Assembly: GCA_001179505.1 (NCBI GenBank) | Contig: CDMY01000653.1 | Location: 1 to 36,321, forward strand | From: Vitrella brassicaformis CCMP3155 | Taxonomy: Eukaryota; Protista; Chromerida | Direction of reading: 5' to 3' | Length of the DNA: 36,321 nucleotides | Shown here: positions 34,774-36,321 of the stretch, in pieces | Layout of the letters: the number at the start of each line of letters is the position of its first letter | How positions within the stretch are numbered: position 1 is the stretch's first letter | Program-made: the position numbers and the translations under genes | Notes under the pieces: model-generated | Databases searched by the model: none | What the model saw: the letters and a program-made list of their open reading frames with translations, nothing else | What the model was told of the DNA's origin: nothing

Positions 34774-35957
34774 GCGTGCATGAATTAGTATACCCACTTG
34801 TGCAGCGCAGCGCTGCCTGGCTTGCAAGGACCCTTTGCCCCCATGCACCAGTGTGCCCTTGCCTCACTCGTGTGCGACCACTCACCATTTCCCTTTTGTT
34901 CTGGTTGTCCATGTGTCCCTGGTGGCTGAAGTCTTGCACCTTGATGGCCACAGCGAAAGAGGCAATCCCGTGAACACCGGCATGAACATTTCTTGACCTG
35001 AAGATCAAAGATACAGACATCGCATACCATGCTGTTGCTTTCGTCGTCACCAATTCCTCCAGCCTTTCGACTTCCTCGTCGTGCTTTTTGATGGCGGTCG
35101 CCCTTCTGGCACATCAAGGCCCTCTGCGTGCTGGTCACAAAGGAGATACAAGCGTCGCATGTGTGGGAATGTCGTGAGTGCGTACTGAAGCTCTGTGACG
35201 CGCCTCTGTGCCGTTGCGAACACGGGATTCAGCGTCCAGATGGCTTCACTGGACGAAGACACACATACAGAACACCATAACGCCGTGTGTGTGCTGGTGT
35301 TTTGGTTCACTGACTCGTGCTCCTCCTCGGCGTTCTGGATGCGCTCGTTTAGCTGGGCAATCTCGGTCTCTAACAAATCTATGCCTGTGTCACACACACA
35401 TGTGATTTGTGATTTGTGTGGTCCGCACTCAAGCGCACACACGACAAGTGTACAAGCGTCCGTCTGTCTGTCTGTCTGTTTGTGTCAGGAGATGCATTGA
35501 GGTCCTTGGCATTGAGGTCGATCTGTGCCTTGGCGCTGTTGTCGGCTATGGTCCTGGGCACGCACATCCACACACACGTGCACACGTGTTGCAACAGTAA
35601 GGGGAGCGGCTCACTTCTTCGACTGTTTGACCCTCGTCTCGTGGCTCACCAGCTTCTGCTTCAACTCCTGTGTACGCATACAGAGACATCCGCATTCGCG
35701 TGAGGTGAGTATATGTGCGGGCATGAATGCGTTGATCAGTACCTTTATGTTGTGTTGGAGGGCTTTGCGCGTCTCGGTGATCTCTAAAACGTCTAGCTCA
35801 GACTTTGACCTGACTGGACCAACGTGAGTGAGCGCTTACCCCGCCACAAGAGGCCCAGCCTCTACTTGAGCCTCAGCCACGTCTTCTCCGGCACAAACGT
35901 GGCCGCGAGGATGCCTCCCGCCACCAAAGCCGCGCCGACCAACAATCCGAACGCCAT
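32691..35957 (-). pseudogene. Disrupted or chimeric locus: TM anchor + coiled coil + CMGC-like kinase pieces in non-canonical order + trypsin-like fragment
   Basis: Pieces in transcription order: MAFGLLVGAALVAGGILAA (in-frame TAG at 35862-64); coiled-coil exons; VAIK / HHPNVVEMK / FYMVFELVRGGSL; MWKFNPYDRITAATALNHPYF; [29 protein letters not shown]; KLCDFG, then a frameshift, then GTRGYESPE...DIVSLGIVMYEM; then in another frame YVITAAHV. Confidence 0.6.
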
Positions 35958-36321
35958 AATCTCAGCAAGACCTGACAATGCTGAGTACACCCAATCCCAG
36001 ATGCATCCGAATGCTGCCGAATCGTTGCGATCTCACTGGACACTTGCCTACCGAACGTTGCCCAGTTCCTCATCCACTGCGACGGCTGGCGCCAGCCTAG
36101 GGTCGCCCAAAATCAACTCCACTGCACACATGAGACACAAGAGGGCAGGTGACATTCGCCAGGCTGCTGTGCGTGGTCTGTGGAGGCTGTGTACCTGCGC
36201 CCGTTTGGTGCCTATCGTCCTCACCCTTGCCCTAGAAGTTGTAAGAATAGGTGGGAGAGAGTCGGGGAGAATGGTGAAGAGAGGATCTGCCGGGCGGTCA
36301 GTCCCGGATAAAGGATTAAGT

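Overview
Intron-rich eukaryotic DNA with GC-rich exons and short introns full of (GT)n/(GACA)n/(GGAT)n/(CACCA)n microsatellites. This style and the gene content (AP2-like modules, RAP-domain helical-repeat protein) suggest a myzozoan alveolate, most likely a chromerid such as Vitrella; that is inference, not a database match. I spliced the genes by hand using GT-AG sites and frame continuity. From left to right: (1) a secreted bacterial-type aryl-sulfate sulfotransferase bracketed by ~105-bp inverted repeats; (2) a 30-exon, ~2,500-aa gene fusing an apparently intact KDM4-type JmjN/JmjC histone demethylase to a Cys4 motif and about nine AP2-like modules, most carried on phase-1 symmetric exons (the standout); (3) a small, basic, probably mitochondrion-targeted protein; (4) an atypical Ser/Thr kinase; (5) a membrane-anchored geranylgeranyl-reductase-family flavoprotein; (6) a hypothetical multi-pass membrane protein; (7) an OPR/HPR-like repeat protein with two RAP-like modules; (8) a frameshifted kinase locus with subdomains out of order, ending in a trypsin-like fragment. 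I found no rRNA, tRNA, CRISPR array or transposase.
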